A stretch of DNA of 64,000 nucleotides. It comes from Lachnospiraceae bacterium. GTDB taxonomy: Bacteria > Bacillota > Clostridia > Lachnospirales > Lachnospiraceae. Where the stretch lies: positions 16,764 to 80,763 of the forward strand of contig CAAGLJ010000076.1 of NCBI GenBank assembly GCA_900770785.1. The letters are read 5' to 3'. The notes beneath the pieces are model-generated. The model worked only from the letters and a program-made list of their open reading frames with translations, ran no database searches and was not told the origin of the DNA. Of the stretch, positions 9,787 to 19,592 are shown piece after piece (within the stretch, counting starts at the first letter, position 1; each line of letters opens with the position of its first letter). The translations under genes were made by a program, and so were the position numbers.

Positions 9787-10659
9787 ATGGCAGAAAAAAG
9801 AACAGGGAAAAGAAATCCGGTAAAAAAATATATGGTATTACTGGCAGCAAGTTTATTGTATGGTATAGCTGTAAGCATGTTTTTGGATCCTAATAATATT
9901 GCACCGGGAGGTGTAACCGGTCTGGCCATGATTGTCAACCGATTGATTCCGGTAGAGACCGGCACCCTGATTCTTATTTTAAATATACCCATTCTTTGTC
10001 TGGGACTATGGAAATTTGGTCTTCGGTTTCTTATTTCCACTATTTACACTACTCTGTTTTGTTCAATATTTACCAATTATTTTGCCAGGTTTGAGCCTAT
10101 AACCCAGGATCCTCTGCTTGCGGCTGTTATTGGCGGTTCTCTGGCAGCCGTTGCTTTGGGGCTGGTTTTCAAATTCGGGGCCACAACAGGGGGAATGGAC
10201 ATTGTGGTAAAGGCTCTGCGTATTCGCTTACCCCATTTAAAAACAGGAAGACTGTTCATGATTTGTGACCTCACTGTGGTTGCCCTATCTGCCATTGCTT
10301 TTCATAATATGGATGCTGCCTTCTATGCAGCCATCAGTGTAATGCTGATGAGTGTGGTTTTTGATGTGGTATTGTATGGTGCTGATGGGGCAAAGCTGAT
10401 TTATATTATCAGTGACCGCTGGCAGGAAATAGGCACAAGGATTCTGGAGGAACTGGTAATTGGAGTAACTTACCTGGAAGGGGAAGGGGCGTACAGTAAA
10501 AGGAATAAAAGAGTAATTATGTGTGTGGTTCGTAAAACACTTGCCCCTCAGGTGGAAGAAATCGTAAAAGAAGAGGATGGGGATGCTTTTATGATTATCT
10601 CCAGTGCGGCGGAAATCTACGGAGAGGGTTACAAAAATATTTTCAGTGAAAAAATATAA
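9787..10659 (+). CDS. YitT-family membrane protein (DUF161 + C-terminal DUF2179)
   Basis: Multi-TM N-terminal part with GGxTG-like motifs and a soluble C-terminal domain typical of YitT/YqfU. GAGGA RBS 6 nt before ATG 9787. Confidence 0.7.
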   Translation: MAEKRTGKRNPVKKYMVLLAASLLYGIAVSMFLDPNNIAPGGVTGLAMIVNRLIPVETGTLILILNIPILCLGLWKFGLRFLISTIYTTLFCSIFTNYFARFEPITQDPLLAAVIGGSLAAVALGLVFKFGATTGGMDIVVKALRIRLPHLKTGRLFMICDLTVVALSAIAFHNMDAAFYAAISVMLMSVVFDVVLYGADGAKLIYIISDRWQEIGTRILEELVIGVTYLEGEGAYSKRNKRVIMCVVRKTLAPQVEEIVKEEDGDAFMIISSAAEIYGEGYKNIFSEKI

Positions 10660-10692
10660 GATGACCAAATGAAGAAGAGAGGGGAGATAAGA

Positions 10693-12276
10693 ATGAAGAT
10701 TACCGTAAAAAACAGGGAAAAAAAAGAGATTGAGAGCAAAGAAGGGCAGAGCATTCTTGAGGCCCTGCAGGAGAATGGAGTATATGTTCCGGCTCTATGT
10801 GCAGGAAGAGGAACCTGTGGTAAATGTAAGGTGAAGATTCTGGAGGGAGAGGTCAGTTCTCTGGAAGAAGCTTCAGAAAGACGGGAAGAAATCCGGCTTG
10901 CCTGTAAGACCTGCCCTTTAACCGATGTTGTGTTGGAATTGCTGGAAGATGCCGAGGAAAATATGGTCGTAGAAGTGGCGGACAAAAAGCTGGGGAAAGC
11001 TGCTGAAAAGCCATTGGGAGAAACGGGCCGCTTCAATGAAGCGGATATAAGCAGGAAAAATTTTATTGCTGTGGATATAGGAACCACCACCATTGCCATG
11101 GCTCTGGTGGATGGACAGACAGGAGAGATTATAGATACATATGCAGCCTTAAATCGTCAAAGAATGCATGGAGCAGACGTAATCAGCAGAATTGCTGCCG
11201 CCAACGAAGGATTGCTTACACAGCTTAAGCAGCTGATCGTGGAGGATTTACTGTTAGGAATCAGGAAGCTTACACAAGAGGGAGATAAGCCCATTGCAAA
11301 GGTGGTTATTGCTGCTAATACCACCATGGTTCACCTGCTGATGGGATACTCCTGTGAATCACTGGGAAGACATCCCTTTTTAAGCGAACATCTGGGATTG
11401 ATTCAGACTACTTTGGGAGAAATAGTGCAGGAAGGTCAGTTTCAGACAGGAGGGAAAGAAAGCTGTCCTGCCACGGATGTAATTATCCTTCCTGGAATCT
11501 CCGCCTTTGTAGGCAGTGACATTACTGCTGATCTGCTGATTTGCCCTGGCTTTGAAGAAGAGGGAATTTCCCTGCTTCTGGATATGGGAACCAATGGGGA
11601 AATGGTAATTGGAAATAGAGAAAGACTGGTAGCTGCTTCCACAGCAGCAGGCCCTGCCTTTGAAGGAGGAAACATTACCTGTGGAACGGGAAGTATTCCG
11701 GGAGCCATTAACCAGGTGAAAATACTGAATCGCAGGGCAGTTATCGGAACCATAGGAGGAAAGCAGCCCCCTGCAGGAATCTGCGGAACCGGTATTATTG
11801 AAGCTATTGCTCAGTTGAAGCAGAGTCGGCTCATGGATAAGGAGGGAGCCCTTCAGGCACCTTATTCCAACACAGGATATCCCCTGTGGAGCAGTCCTTC
11901 CGGTGAAAAAATTGCCATCTATCAGCAGGATATTCGACAGCTTCAATTAGCCAAGGGAGCTATCCGGGCAGGAATGGAGCAGTTGATGGAAGCCTTTGGC
12001 TGTAGGCCAAAAGAGGTGGACAAGGTATATTTGGCCGGAGGCTTCGGAACGAAGCTTCCCGTTGAAGCGGCCATACAAATCGGTCTCTTTCCGGAAGAAT
12101 TTAAAGAAAAAATTATTGCCATTGGAAACGGAGCCTTGCAGGGGGCTATGGCCTATGGAAGCATGTTACAGATAAAGGAAGGGCAGCTTAAGGAAATCAA
12201 GAAAAGAGTGGAAGGGCTTAATCTTGCTCTGGCAGAAGGCTTCGAGGAAAGGTATTTGAAGTATCTGAATTTTTAA
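10693..12276 (+). CDS. ASKHA-fold ATPase with N-terminal plant-type 2Fe-2S ferredoxin domain (DUF4445/RACo-like corrinoid-activation family)
   Basis: N-terminal CAGRGTCGKCKV ferredoxin Cys cluster. This is followed by the sugar-kinase/actin-like phosphate-1 motif (IAVDIGTTTIAMALVD) and DUF4445-like C-terminal half. Confidence 0.7.
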   Translation: MKITVKNREKKEIESKEGQSILEALQENGVYVPALCAGRGTCGKCKVKILEGEVSSLEEASERREEIRLACKTCPLTDVVLELLEDAEENMVVEVADKKLGKAAEKPLGETGRFNEADISRKNFIAVDIGTTTIAMALVDGQTGEIIDTYAALNRQRMHGADVISRIAAANEGLLTQLKQLIVEDLLLGIRKLTQEGDKPIAKVVIAANTTMVHLLMGYSCESLGRHPFLSEHLGLIQTTLGEIVQEGQFQTGGKESCPATDVIILPGISAFVGSDITADLLICPGFEEEGISLLLDMGTNGEMVIGNRERLVAASTAAGPAFEGGNITCGTGSIPGAINQVKILNRRAVIGTIGGKQPPAGICGTGIIEAIAQLKQSRLMDKEGALQAPYSNTGYPLWSSPSGEKIAIYQQDIRQLQLAKGAIRAGMEQLMEAFGCRPKEVDKVYLAGGFGTKLPVEAAIQIGLFPEEFKEKIIAIGNGALQGAMAYGSMLQIKEGQLKEIKKRVEGLNLALAEGFEERYLKYLNF

Positions 12277-12285
12277 AACAGGATA

Positions 12286-12323
12286 GGTGTCAAGAAAAAA
12301 CACTTGACACCTCCTCTGTTTTT
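12286..12323 (+). terminator. rho-independent terminator whose 3' arm overlaps the -35 of the next promoter
   Basis: GGTGTCAAG-aaaaaaca-CTTGACACC hairpin followed by CTCTGTTTTT. Confidence 0.7.
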
Positions 12324-12332
12324 CGGTATGAT
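12304..12332 (+). promoter_or_regulatory. sigma-A type promoter for ylxM-ffh: TTGACA, 17-nt spacer, TATGAT
   Basis: TTGACA at 12304-12309, 17-nt spacer, TATGAT at 12327-12332. Confidence 0.55.
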
Positions 12333-12411
12333 AGCAGGGTGCGAAGAAGCAGGGGGGACTATGTCCTGTAGCGGATTCGCAGGAACACCAATCAAAGAAA
12401 TACAGGTGACT

Positions 12412-12726
12412 ATGGAAAAAATCGTAGAACAGGGGCTTTTATATGATTTCTACGGAGAGCTTCTGACCAAACGCCAGAGACAAATTTATGAGGATGCGGT
12501 TTTTCAGGATATGTCCTTAAGTGAGATAGCCCAGGAGCACGGTATCAGCAGACAGGGAGTACACGACCTGATTAAGCGATGCGACAGACAGCTTAGGGCT
12601 TATGAGGAAAAGCTGGGGCTTTTAGGCCGCTTTTGCCGCATTAAGGATATGGCAGAAAGGATAGAAAGTCAGGCTTCTCAGGAGGAAATACGGAGACTGG
12701 CAGCACAAATTTTAGAGGAACTTTAA
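12412..12726 (+). CDS. ylxM: YlxM/UPF0122 putative helix-turn-helix protein, the conserved partner of ffh
   Basis: Strong similarity to Bacillus YlxM (LYDFYGELLTKRQ...SLSEIAQEHGISRQGVHDLIKR). Start is ATG 12412. The upstream part of the ORF-track model would run through the terminator and promoter. Confidence 0.7.
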   Translation: MEKIVEQGLLYDFYGELLTKRQRQIYEDAVFQDMSLSEIAQEHGISRQGVHDLIKRCDRQLRAYEEKLGLLGRFCRIKDMAERIESQASQEEIRRLAAQILEEL

Positions 12727-12729
12727 TTT

Positions 12730-14073
12730 ATGGCATTTGAAAGTTTAACCGACAAGCTACAAAATGTATTCAAGAATCTTCGGAGCAAGGGACGTCTTAC
12801 GGAGGCAGATGTAAAGCAGGCTCTCCGGGAAGTGAAGATGGCTCTTCTGGAGGCAGACGTTAATTTTAAAGTGGTTAAGCAGTTCGTGAAGTCAGTGGAG
12901 GAGCGGGCAGTCGGGACGGATATTCTGAATGGTCTGAATCCCGGTCAGATGGTAATCAAAATCGTTAATGAAGAGATGATTAACCTGATGGGCTCCGAGA
13001 CCACAGAGATTCAGATGCAGCCCGGTAAGTCCATTACCACCATTATGATGTGTGGTCTTCAGGGTGCAGGTAAAACCACAACTACGGCAAAAATTGCCGG
13101 AAAGCTGATTAAGAAAGGAAAGAAGCCTTTACTGGTGGCCTGTGACGTTTATCGTCCGGCGGCAATCAAGCAGCTGCAGGTAAACGGAGAAAAGATGGGC
13201 GTGGAAGTATTTTCCATGGGAGATAACCATGATCCGGTAAACATTGCCAAGGCAGCTTTGGAGTATGCTCAGAAAAATGGACATAATGTAGTCATCCTGG
13301 ATACTGCAGGCCGTCTTCATGTGGATGAGGACATGATGCAGGAGCTGGAGAGAATTAAAGAACAGGTAACCGTTCACCAGACCCTTTTGGTGGTGGATGC
13401 CATGACCGGGCAGGATGCAGTAAATGTGGCAGGCGAGTTCCATGCAAAGCTTAAAATCGACGGTGTGATCCTTACCAAGATGGATGGTGATGCCAGAGGT
13501 GGTGCGGCTTTGTCCATAAAAGCAGTAACCGGAATCCCCGTTTTATATGTAGGTATGGGAGAAAAGCTCTCCGATTTGGAACAGTTCTATCCAGACCGGA
13601 TGGCTGGCAGAATCCTGGGGATGGGGGATGTACTCACCTTAATTGATAAGGCTCAGGAAAGCCTTGATATTGACGAGCAGAAGGGCAAAGAAATGTCCTC
13701 CCGCTTCAAAAAGGGCAAGTTTGATTTTGAGGATTACCTGGAAAGCATGAAGCAGATGCGTAAGATGGGAGGCTTAAGCAGTATCCTGAGCATGATGCCG
13801 GGGATAGGTGCCAAAATGGGGGATATCGAAGCTATGATTGATGAAAAGCAGCTGGCCCGCATGGAGGCAATAGTGTTGTCCATGACCCCGGAGGAAAGAC
13901 AGAAGCCGAAACTTTTAAATCCCAGCCGAAAGCATAGAATTGCCAAAGGTGCGGGAGTGGATATTGCGGTAGTAAACCGCTTTATCAAACAGTTTGAACA
14001 GAGCCAGAAAATGATGAAACAGATGCCTGGCCTGATGGGTGGAAGAAAAGGAAAATTCCGTTTTCCTTTTTAA
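12730..14073 (+). CDS. ffh: signal recognition particle protein Ffh
   Basis: NG domain (GLQGAGKTTT, DTAGR, TKMDGD) and a Met-rich M domain at the C-terminus. Confidence 0.95.
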   Translation: MAFESLTDKLQNVFKNLRSKGRLTEADVKQALREVKMALLEADVNFKVVKQFVKSVEERAVGTDILNGLNPGQMVIKIVNEEMINLMGSETTEIQMQPGKSITTIMMCGLQGAGKTTTTAKIAGKLIKKGKKPLLVACDVYRPAAIKQLQVNGEKMGVEVFSMGDNHDPVNIAKAALEYAQKNGHNVVILDTAGRLHVDEDMMQELERIKEQVTVHQTLLVVDAMTGQDAVNVAGEFHAKLKIDGVILTKMDGDARGGAALSIKAVTGIPVLYVGMGEKLSDLEQFYPDRMAGRILGMGDVLTLIDKAQESLDIDEQKGKEMSSRFKKGKFDFEDYLESMKQMRKMGGLSSILSMMPGIGAKMGDIEAMIDEKQLARMEAIVLSMTPEERQKPKLLNPSRKHRIAKGAGVDIAVVNRFIKQFEQSQKMMKQMPGLMGGRKGKFRFPF

Positions 14074-14149
14074 CAGGATGAATTGTCCTGCATAAATAAA
14101 GAAAAGATACGGAGGAAAAACCTCCCTGATAAGAAAGGAGTCATGAAAA

Positions 14150-14395
14150 ATGGCAGTTAAAATCAGATTAAGAAGAATGGGTTACAAGAAACATCCTATG
14201 TACAGAATCGTAGTAGCAGATTCCAGAGTGGCAAGAGACGGAAAATGTATTGATGAAATCGGAACCTACAATCCTAATGCTAATCCCAGCGAATTCAAGG
14301 TTGATGAAGAACTGGCAAAGAAATGGCTGGCAAATGGCGCACAGCCCACTGAAACCGTTAGCAAAATTCTCAAACTGGCAGGTATCCTGAAATAA
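14150..14395 (+). CDS. rpsP: 30S ribosomal protein S16
   Basis: [11 protein letters not shown]...YRIVVADSR is a canonical S16 N-terminus. Confidence 0.9.
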   Translation: MAVKIRLRRMGYKKHPMYRIVVADSRVARDGKCIDEIGTYNPNANPSEFKVDEELAKKWLANGAQPTETVSKILKLAGILK

Positions 14396-14431
14396 TCATT
14401 CAAATGAAAAAGACGCTTTTGGAGGTGGATT

Positions 14432-14659
14432 ATGAAAGAATTAGTTGAAGTTATCGCAAAAGCACTTGTGGATAATCCAGACGAAGTAGTCGTAACAGAG
14501 AAAAATGACGGAAGAAACATTACCGTAGAATTGCACGTAGCACCTTCCGATATGGGGAAGGTTATTGGTAAGCAGGGACGTATTGCCAAGGCAATTCGTA
14601 CTGTAGTAAAGGCTGCCTCTGTAGGAGAAAAAGCAAAGGTAGATGTAGATATTATCTAA
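14432..14659 (+). CDS. KH-domain RNA-binding protein (YlqC family)
   Basis: 75 aa with a GKVIGKQGRIAKAIR KH motif, located between rpsP and rimM as in Bacillus. Confidence 0.8.
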   Translation: MKELVEVIAKALVDNPDEVVVTEKNDGRNITVELHVAPSDMGKVIGKQGRIAKAIRTVVKAASVGEKAKVDVDII

Positions 14660-14797
14660 TGTTTTAAAGATTATCAGTGATAAAGGGATGCTTTGGTGTC
14701 CCTTTTCTGTTACTCTGAAGGTGATGCTTTCAGGGAAACAAATAAAAAGCAAGAGACAGGACGCAGAATACTGCCAAAGCAGCCAAGGAGAGGGCAT

Positions 14798-15304
14798 ATG
14801 GAAGAAAGATTTCAGGTAGGAGTGATTACCTCTACGCATGGGATCAAAGGAGAGGTGAAGGTTTTTCCTACTACCGACGATCCGGCACGATTTAAGAAAA
14901 AGATGGAGCTGATTCTGGAGACGGGAAAAGAGGAAAGGATTCTGATTGTAGAAAGCGTGAAGTTTTTTAAGCAGTTTGCTATTCTCAAATTTTCAGGAAT
15001 TGACGACATTAATGATATAGAATGTTATAAGGGTAAGCCGCTTTTTGTAACCAGAAAAAATGCAGTACCCTTGAAACAGGACGAGTATTACATTGCAGAT
15101 TTGCTGGGTATGGAGGTTTATGAGGATACGGATGTACGTCTGGGCGTTTTGAGAGATGTGTTGGAAACCGGTGCAAATGATGTTTATGATATTACTTTGG
15201 AGAACGGAACCTCCCTTTTGCTTCCTGCCATCAAGGAGTGTATTTTGGAAATCAATGTCGAGGAACGCAGAATGACGGTTCATGTAATGGAAGGGCTTCG
15301 CTGA
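14798..15304 (+). CDS. rimM: ribosome maturation factor RimM
   Basis: RimM N-terminal beta-barrel (VGVITSTHGIKGEVKV) plus PRC barrel. ATG at 14798 has an AAGGAGAGGG RBS. Confidence 0.85.
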   Translation: MEERFQVGVITSTHGIKGEVKVFPTTDDPARFKKKMELILETGKEERILIVESVKFFKQFAILKFSGIDDINDIECYKGKPLFVTRKNAVPLKQDEYYIADLLGMEVYEDTDVRLGVLRDVLETGANDVYDITLENGTSLLLPAIKECILEINVEERRMTVHVMEGLR

Positions 15305-15428
15305 CAGAAAGGCCTGGTGGATTTGTCAAGGTGAACCGATTTGAGGAGCTTGCACTGGCAAAAGAAGAGCAGTAGTATTTATTTGGGCAGTATCGCAGGT
15401 GAAATTTGCGATATACGTGGAGATTAGC

Positions 15429-16151
15429 ATGAATTTTCATATTTTAACCCTGTTTCCGGATATGGTGATACAGGGCCTGAATACCAGTATTATTGGAAGA
15501 GCCTGTTTAGCAGGTTTATTATCTGTTGAGGCAGTGGATATTCGCCAATTTACGATGGACAAGCATAAGAAGGTGGATGATTATCCATATGGAGGAGGGG
15601 CAGGAATGCTGATGCAGGCCCAGCCTGTTTATGATGCCTATTTGTCCATTTTGAAAAAAATAAAAAGAGATAACCCTCCCAGAGTGGTTTATTTGACCCC
15701 CCAGGGACAGGTTTTTCGCCAGTCTATGGCCTGTGAACTGGCCAGAGAGCAGGATATAATTCTTCTTTGTGGGCATTACGAAGGAATCGATGAAAGGGTA
15801 CTGGAGGAAATCGTTACAGATTATATTTCTATTGGAGACTATGTACTTACGGGAGGGGAGCTTCCGGCTATGGTGATGGTGGATGCCATTTCCAGAATGG
15901 TTCCCGGAGTGCTTGGCAATCAGGAGTCACCGGAAACGGAATCCTTTGGGAACGGGCTTCTGGAATATCCCCAATACACTCGTCCAGAAGAATGGAATGG
16001 CAAAAAGGTTCCCCAGGTACTGCTTAGCGGTCATCATAAAAATATTGAAAGCTGGAGGCAGGAACAGGCATTGGAACGAACCAGAATCCGAAGGCCTGAT
16101 TTATATAGTCAGTATGTGAAGAACAGTCAGGAGAAGCAGCACAGAGGCTGA
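15429..16151 (+). CDS. trmD: tRNA (guanine37-N1)-methyltransferase TrmD
   Basis: ILTLFPDM N-terminus, SPOUT knot motifs ([22 protein letters not shown]). Confidence 0.9.
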   Translation: MNFHILTLFPDMVIQGLNTSIIGRACLAGLLSVEAVDIRQFTMDKHKKVDDYPYGGGAGMLMQAQPVYDAYLSILKKIKRDNPPRVVYLTPQGQVFRQSMACELAREQDIILLCGHYEGIDERVLEEIVTDYISIGDYVLTGGELPAMVMVDAISRMVPGVLGNQESPETESFGNGLLEYPQYTRPEEWNGKKVPQVLLSGHHKNIESWRQEQALERTRIRRPDLYSQYVKNSQEKQHRG

Positions 16152-16283
16152 AAAAGGCAGAAGAAAATCTATCTTTTGCTTGCACTCATCCTGAGAGTAT
16201 GGTATACTGTCAAAGTTGTAAAGAATCGATGGTCCTCTGTTGCAAGAATGGCATTATGAACATCCTGAGAAAAGGAGAAAGAA
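16152..16283 (+). promoter_or_regulatory. rplS promoter and structured 5' leader (candidate L19 autoregulatory leader)
   Basis: Extended -10 (TGgTATACT) is followed by about 90 nt containing the repeated CATCCTGAGA segment that can pair. L19 leaders are known in Firmicutes. Confidence 0.3.
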
Positions 16284-16631
16284 ATGAACGAAATTATCAG
16301 AAGCATTGAAGCAGAACAGTTAAAAGCGAATATTGAAGAGTTTGCAGTAGGCGATACCATTAAAGTATATGGTAAGATTAAAGAAGGCAACCGGGAAAGA
16401 ATCCAGGTTTTTGAAGGCGTGGTTTTAAAGAGACAGGGCGGAAGCAACAGAGAGACCTTTACCGTTAGAAAGACTTCCAATGGTGTAGGTGTTGAGAAGA
16501 CCTGGCCTTTACATTCTCCTAACGTAGAAAAAATTGAAGTAGTAAGAAGAGGTAAGGTAAGAAGAGCAAAACTGAACTACTTAAGAGAGCGTGTAGGTAA
16601 GAAAGCTAAGGTTAAAGAACTGGTTCGCTAA
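16284..16631 (+). CDS. rplS: 50S ribosomal protein L19
   Basis: Canonical L19 sequence ([28 protein letters not shown]). Confidence 0.9.
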   Translation: MNEIIRSIEAEQLKANIEEFAVGDTIKVYGKIKEGNRERIQVFEGVVLKRQGGSNRETFTVRKTSNGVGVEKTWPLHSPNVEKIEVVRRGKVRRAKLNYLRERVGKKAKVKELVR

Positions 16632-16652
16632 TAAGTGTTTAGAAAAGTTTTC

Positions 16653-16692
16653 AGGCTGTTTCATGTTTAGTGAGACAGCCTGTTTCTTTTTT
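16653..16692 (+). terminator. rho-independent terminator after rplS
   Basis: CAGGCTGT..ACAGCCTG stem followed by TTTCTTTTTT. Confidence 0.7.
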
Positions 16693-16730
16693 GTCCTTGA
16701 CATGGTATACTATAAAGCTGTAAACGGTAA

Positions 16731-17324
16731 TTGTGGAGATTGCTAATGAGAAGAGGACGCGGACTGAATTTTAACCGAAAAAGAAGGAATATAAATGCCC
16801 AGGTGATTCGTGAAACAGCAAGCTGGGTGATGCATGGGACAGCTGCCATATTCCTGGCCTTTTTTCTGGTCTATTTTATAGGTATGCGGACCAGCGTTAT
16901 CGGTGTCTCCATGGAGGATACCCTCCACAGTGGACAGCAGATTCTGGTCAATCGCCTTTCCTATCTTATTTTCAGCCCGGACGTGGGAGATATTGTGGTT
17001 TTTCAGCCCGGAGGCAATCGAAACAGCCATTATTATGTAAAAAGGGTGGTGGCGGTTCCTGGAGATCATGTGCTGATCAAAGATGGCAAGCTCTATGTCA
17101 ATGGAAGTATAGTGGATTATGGCTACGATAAAATAATGGATCCGGGAATAGCAGAGAATGAGCTTACTCTGGATGAAGATGAGTTTTTTGTAATGGGAGA
17201 TAATTGCAATAGCAGTGAAGACAGCCGTTCTGGGAATATAGGGCCGGTGAGCCGGGAAATGATAGAAGGAAGGGTCTGGTTTCACTTTAACAGTAAGGAT
17301 TCCTTTTTGGGATTTGTACGATAG
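16731..17324 (+). CDS. lepB: signal peptidase I
   Basis: N-terminal TM segment, catalytic Ser region VIGVSMEDTL, Lys box YVKRVVAVPGD, GDNCNSSEDSR. Confidence 0.85.
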   Translation: MWRLLMRRGRGLNFNRKRRNINAQVIRETASWVMHGTAAIFLAFFLVYFIGMRTSVIGVSMEDTLHSGQQILVNRLSYLIFSPDVGDIVVFQPGGNRNSHYYVKRVVAVPGDHVLIKDGKLYVNGSIVDYGYDKIMDPGIAENELTLDEDEFFVMGDNCNSSEDSRSGNIGPVSREMIEGRVWFHFNSKDSFLGFVR

Positions 17325-17340
17325 TTGAATGGAGGGTTAG

Positions 17341-18186
17341 ATGAATTATCAGTGGTATCCTGGTCATATGACAAAGGCAAGACGTATGATGCAGGAAGAT
17401 ATAAAATTAATCGATTTGTTAATCGAGCTGGTGGATGCCAGAATTCCTTTAAGCAGCCGCAATCCTGATATTAATCAGCTGGGGCAGGGAAAGGGAAGAA
17501 TGGTTCTCTTAAACAAATCGGATTTGGCAGACCCGAAGGCAAATCAGAGGTGGATGGAATATTTCAAAAATCAGGGGATAACCGTAGTGGAGGTAAACTC
17601 CAAAAACAGAACCGGAATGAAAAATATCCAGCATGCTGTTGAAGAGGCCTGCCGGGAAAAAAGAGAACGAGACAGGAAGAAAGGAATTATTAACCGGCCG
17701 GTGAGGGCTATGGTAGTGGGTATTCCTAATGTGGGCAAATCCACTTTTATTAATGCCTATGCTGGGAAGGCCTGTACCAAAACCGGAAATAAACCTGGAG
17801 TAACCAAGGGAAAACAATGGATTCGTCTGGGAAAGAGTTTGGAGCTTTTAGACACCCCGGGTATTTTATGGCCCAAATTTGAAGATCAGCAGGTAGGAAT
17901 GAGGCTGGCTTTCATTGGCTCAATCAAAGATGAAATCCTGATTGAAGAGGAGCTGGCTCTGGATTTGTTAAACTATTTGAAGGACAGCTATCCCACCGCA
18001 ATAGAGGGACGCTATGGTTTTGGGCAAAAGGAAGAGGCCTTGGAAACTCTGGAAGAGATAGCAAAAATTCGTGGCTGCTATAAGAAGGGGCAGGAGTTGG
18101 ATTATAGCAAGGCAGCCTCTATTCTGATGGATGATTTCAGGAGTGCAAGATTGGGAAGGATGACTCTGGAAGAACCCGAAAATTAA
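17341..18186 (+). CDS. rbgA: ribosome biogenesis GTPase A (YlqF/RbgA), circularly permuted GTPase
   Basis: WYPGHMTKA start, permuted G motifs (LNKSDL ... GIPNVGKST ... DTPG). Confidence 0.9.
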   Translation: MNYQWYPGHMTKARRMMQEDIKLIDLLIELVDARIPLSSRNPDINQLGQGKGRMVLLNKSDLADPKANQRWMEYFKNQGITVVEVNSKNRTGMKNIQHAVEEACREKRERDRKKGIINRPVRAMVVGIPNVGKSTFINAYAGKACTKTGNKPGVTKGKQWIRLGKSLELLDTPGILWPKFEDQQVGMRLAFIGSIKDEILIEEELALDLLNYLKDSYPTAIEGRYGFGQKEEALETLEEIAKIRGCYKKGQELDYSKAASILMDDFRSARLGRMTLEEPEN

Positions 18187-18203
18187 GGGAAGAAGGAAAA
18201 AAT

Positions 18204-18743
18204 ATGAAGAAGATAATAAAAGAAATTTTCAGTACCAGCCTTTATTTATTAGTGGTACTCATAGCCTGCTATCTGGTGGTTCGGTATGTGGGACAGCGTA
18301 CACAGGTAATCGGCAGTTCCATGGAAACTACTTTAAGTGATGGGGACAACCTGATTGTGGATAAAATCAGCTATCGATTCGGTGAGCCCAGGCGTTATGA
18401 CATCATCGTTTTTCCTTATCAGTATGATAAAAGTACCTTCTATATCAAACGGATTATCGGTATGCCGGGAGAAACGGTTTACATCGACCCCAGAGGAACG
18501 ATTTATATTAATGGAGAGGCATTGCAGGAATCCTACGGAAGAGAGATTATCCAGTCTGCCGGATTGGCAGAAGAGGAAATCACTTTGGGTGAAGATGAGT
18601 ATTTTGTACTGGGAGATAACCGGAACAACAGCAGTGACAGCAGAGATCCCAATGTGGGCAATATTCATAAAGAGGATATTCTGGGAAAAGCCTGGATAAG
18701 AATCTGGCCTTTATCCAAAATGGAGGTTCTGGATCATCAGTAA
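18204..18743 (+). CDS. lepB: signal peptidase I (second paralog)
   Basis: VIGSSMETTL, YIKRIIGMPGE, GDNRNNSSDSR. Confidence 0.85.
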   Translation: MKKIIKEIFSTSLYLLVVLIACYLVVRYVGQRTQVIGSSMETTLSDGDNLIVDKISYRFGEPRRYDIIVFPYQYDKSTFYIKRIIGMPGETVYIDPRGTIYINGEALQESYGREIIQSAGLAEEEITLGEDEYFVLGDNRNNSSDSRDPNVGNIHKEDILGKAWIRIWPLSKMEVLDHQ

Positions 18744-18810
18744 AGTCCAGACCTCTTTTTTATAAAATCAGCTATTAAAGGAAGGTTATTGCCGGAAAGC
18801 AGGAATACCA

Positions 18811-19590
18811 GTGGAAGAAAAAATTGGAATAGTCAGAAAGAAGTTTGCTGAAGCAGGAATGGAAGAGCTACAGGGATTAATACAGCTTTATGAAAGAGAT
18901 GAAAGAGCCGGAGTGAAACAGGAGATAAAGAAGGCGGTAAAAAAGCTGGATACCTATGAAAAGGAAAAGGAAAGAACCAAAGCCTTATGGGAGTATGAGA
19001 ATTGCTACAGTGAGTATGCGTATATTTGTGGTATTGATGAGGTGGGAAGAGGTCCGCTGGCAGGTCCAGTAGTGGCGGGAGCAGTCATCCTGCCCAGGAA
19101 TTGTGGGATTTTATATATTAATGATTCCAAAAAACTCAGCAAGAGCAGGCGGGAAGAGCTGTACGAGCAGATTATGGAGCAGGCTGTGGCCGCAGCAGTA
19201 GGTTTTGCCAGTCCGGAAAGAATAGATGAAATCAACATTCTCCAGGCCACCTATGAAGCTATGCGGGAGGCTATCAGCAAATTATCGGTTTCACCCGATA
19301 TACTATTAAATGATGCGGTGACCATTCCTCAGATAGAATGCAGGCAGATACCCATAATTAAAGGAGACAGCAAAAGCATTTCTATCGCCGCAGCCAGTAT
19401 TATTGCCAAAGTAACCAGAGATCGCCTGATGGTGGAATATGATCGGATTTTCCCGGAATATGGTTTTGCTTCTCATAAAGGGTATGGAGCAGCCAGCCAT
19501 ATTGAGGCTTTGAAAAAATATGGACCGACTCCTATCCATCGACGCTCTTTCATTAAAAATTTTACTTCTGATTTGGATAAAGGGGAGTAG
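18811..19590 (+). CDS. rnhB: ribonuclease HII with an N-terminal extension of about 70 aa
   Basis: Catalytic core CGIDEVGRGPLAGPVV, DSK, and the conserved C-terminal part. GTG start at 18811; the true start could be internal. Confidence 0.8.
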   Translation: MEEKIGIVRKKFAEAGMEELQGLIQLYERDERAGVKQEIKKAVKKLDTYEKEKERTKALWEYENCYSEYAYICGIDEVGRGPLAGPVVAGAVILPRNCGILYINDSKKLSKSRREELYEQIMEQAVAAAVGFASPERIDEINILQATYEAMREAISKLSVSPDILLNDAVTIPQIECRQIPIIKGDSKSISIAAASIIAKVTRDRLMVEYDRIFPEYGFASHKGYGAASHIEALKKYGPTPIHRRSFIKNFTSDLDKGE

Positions 19591-19592
19591 CT

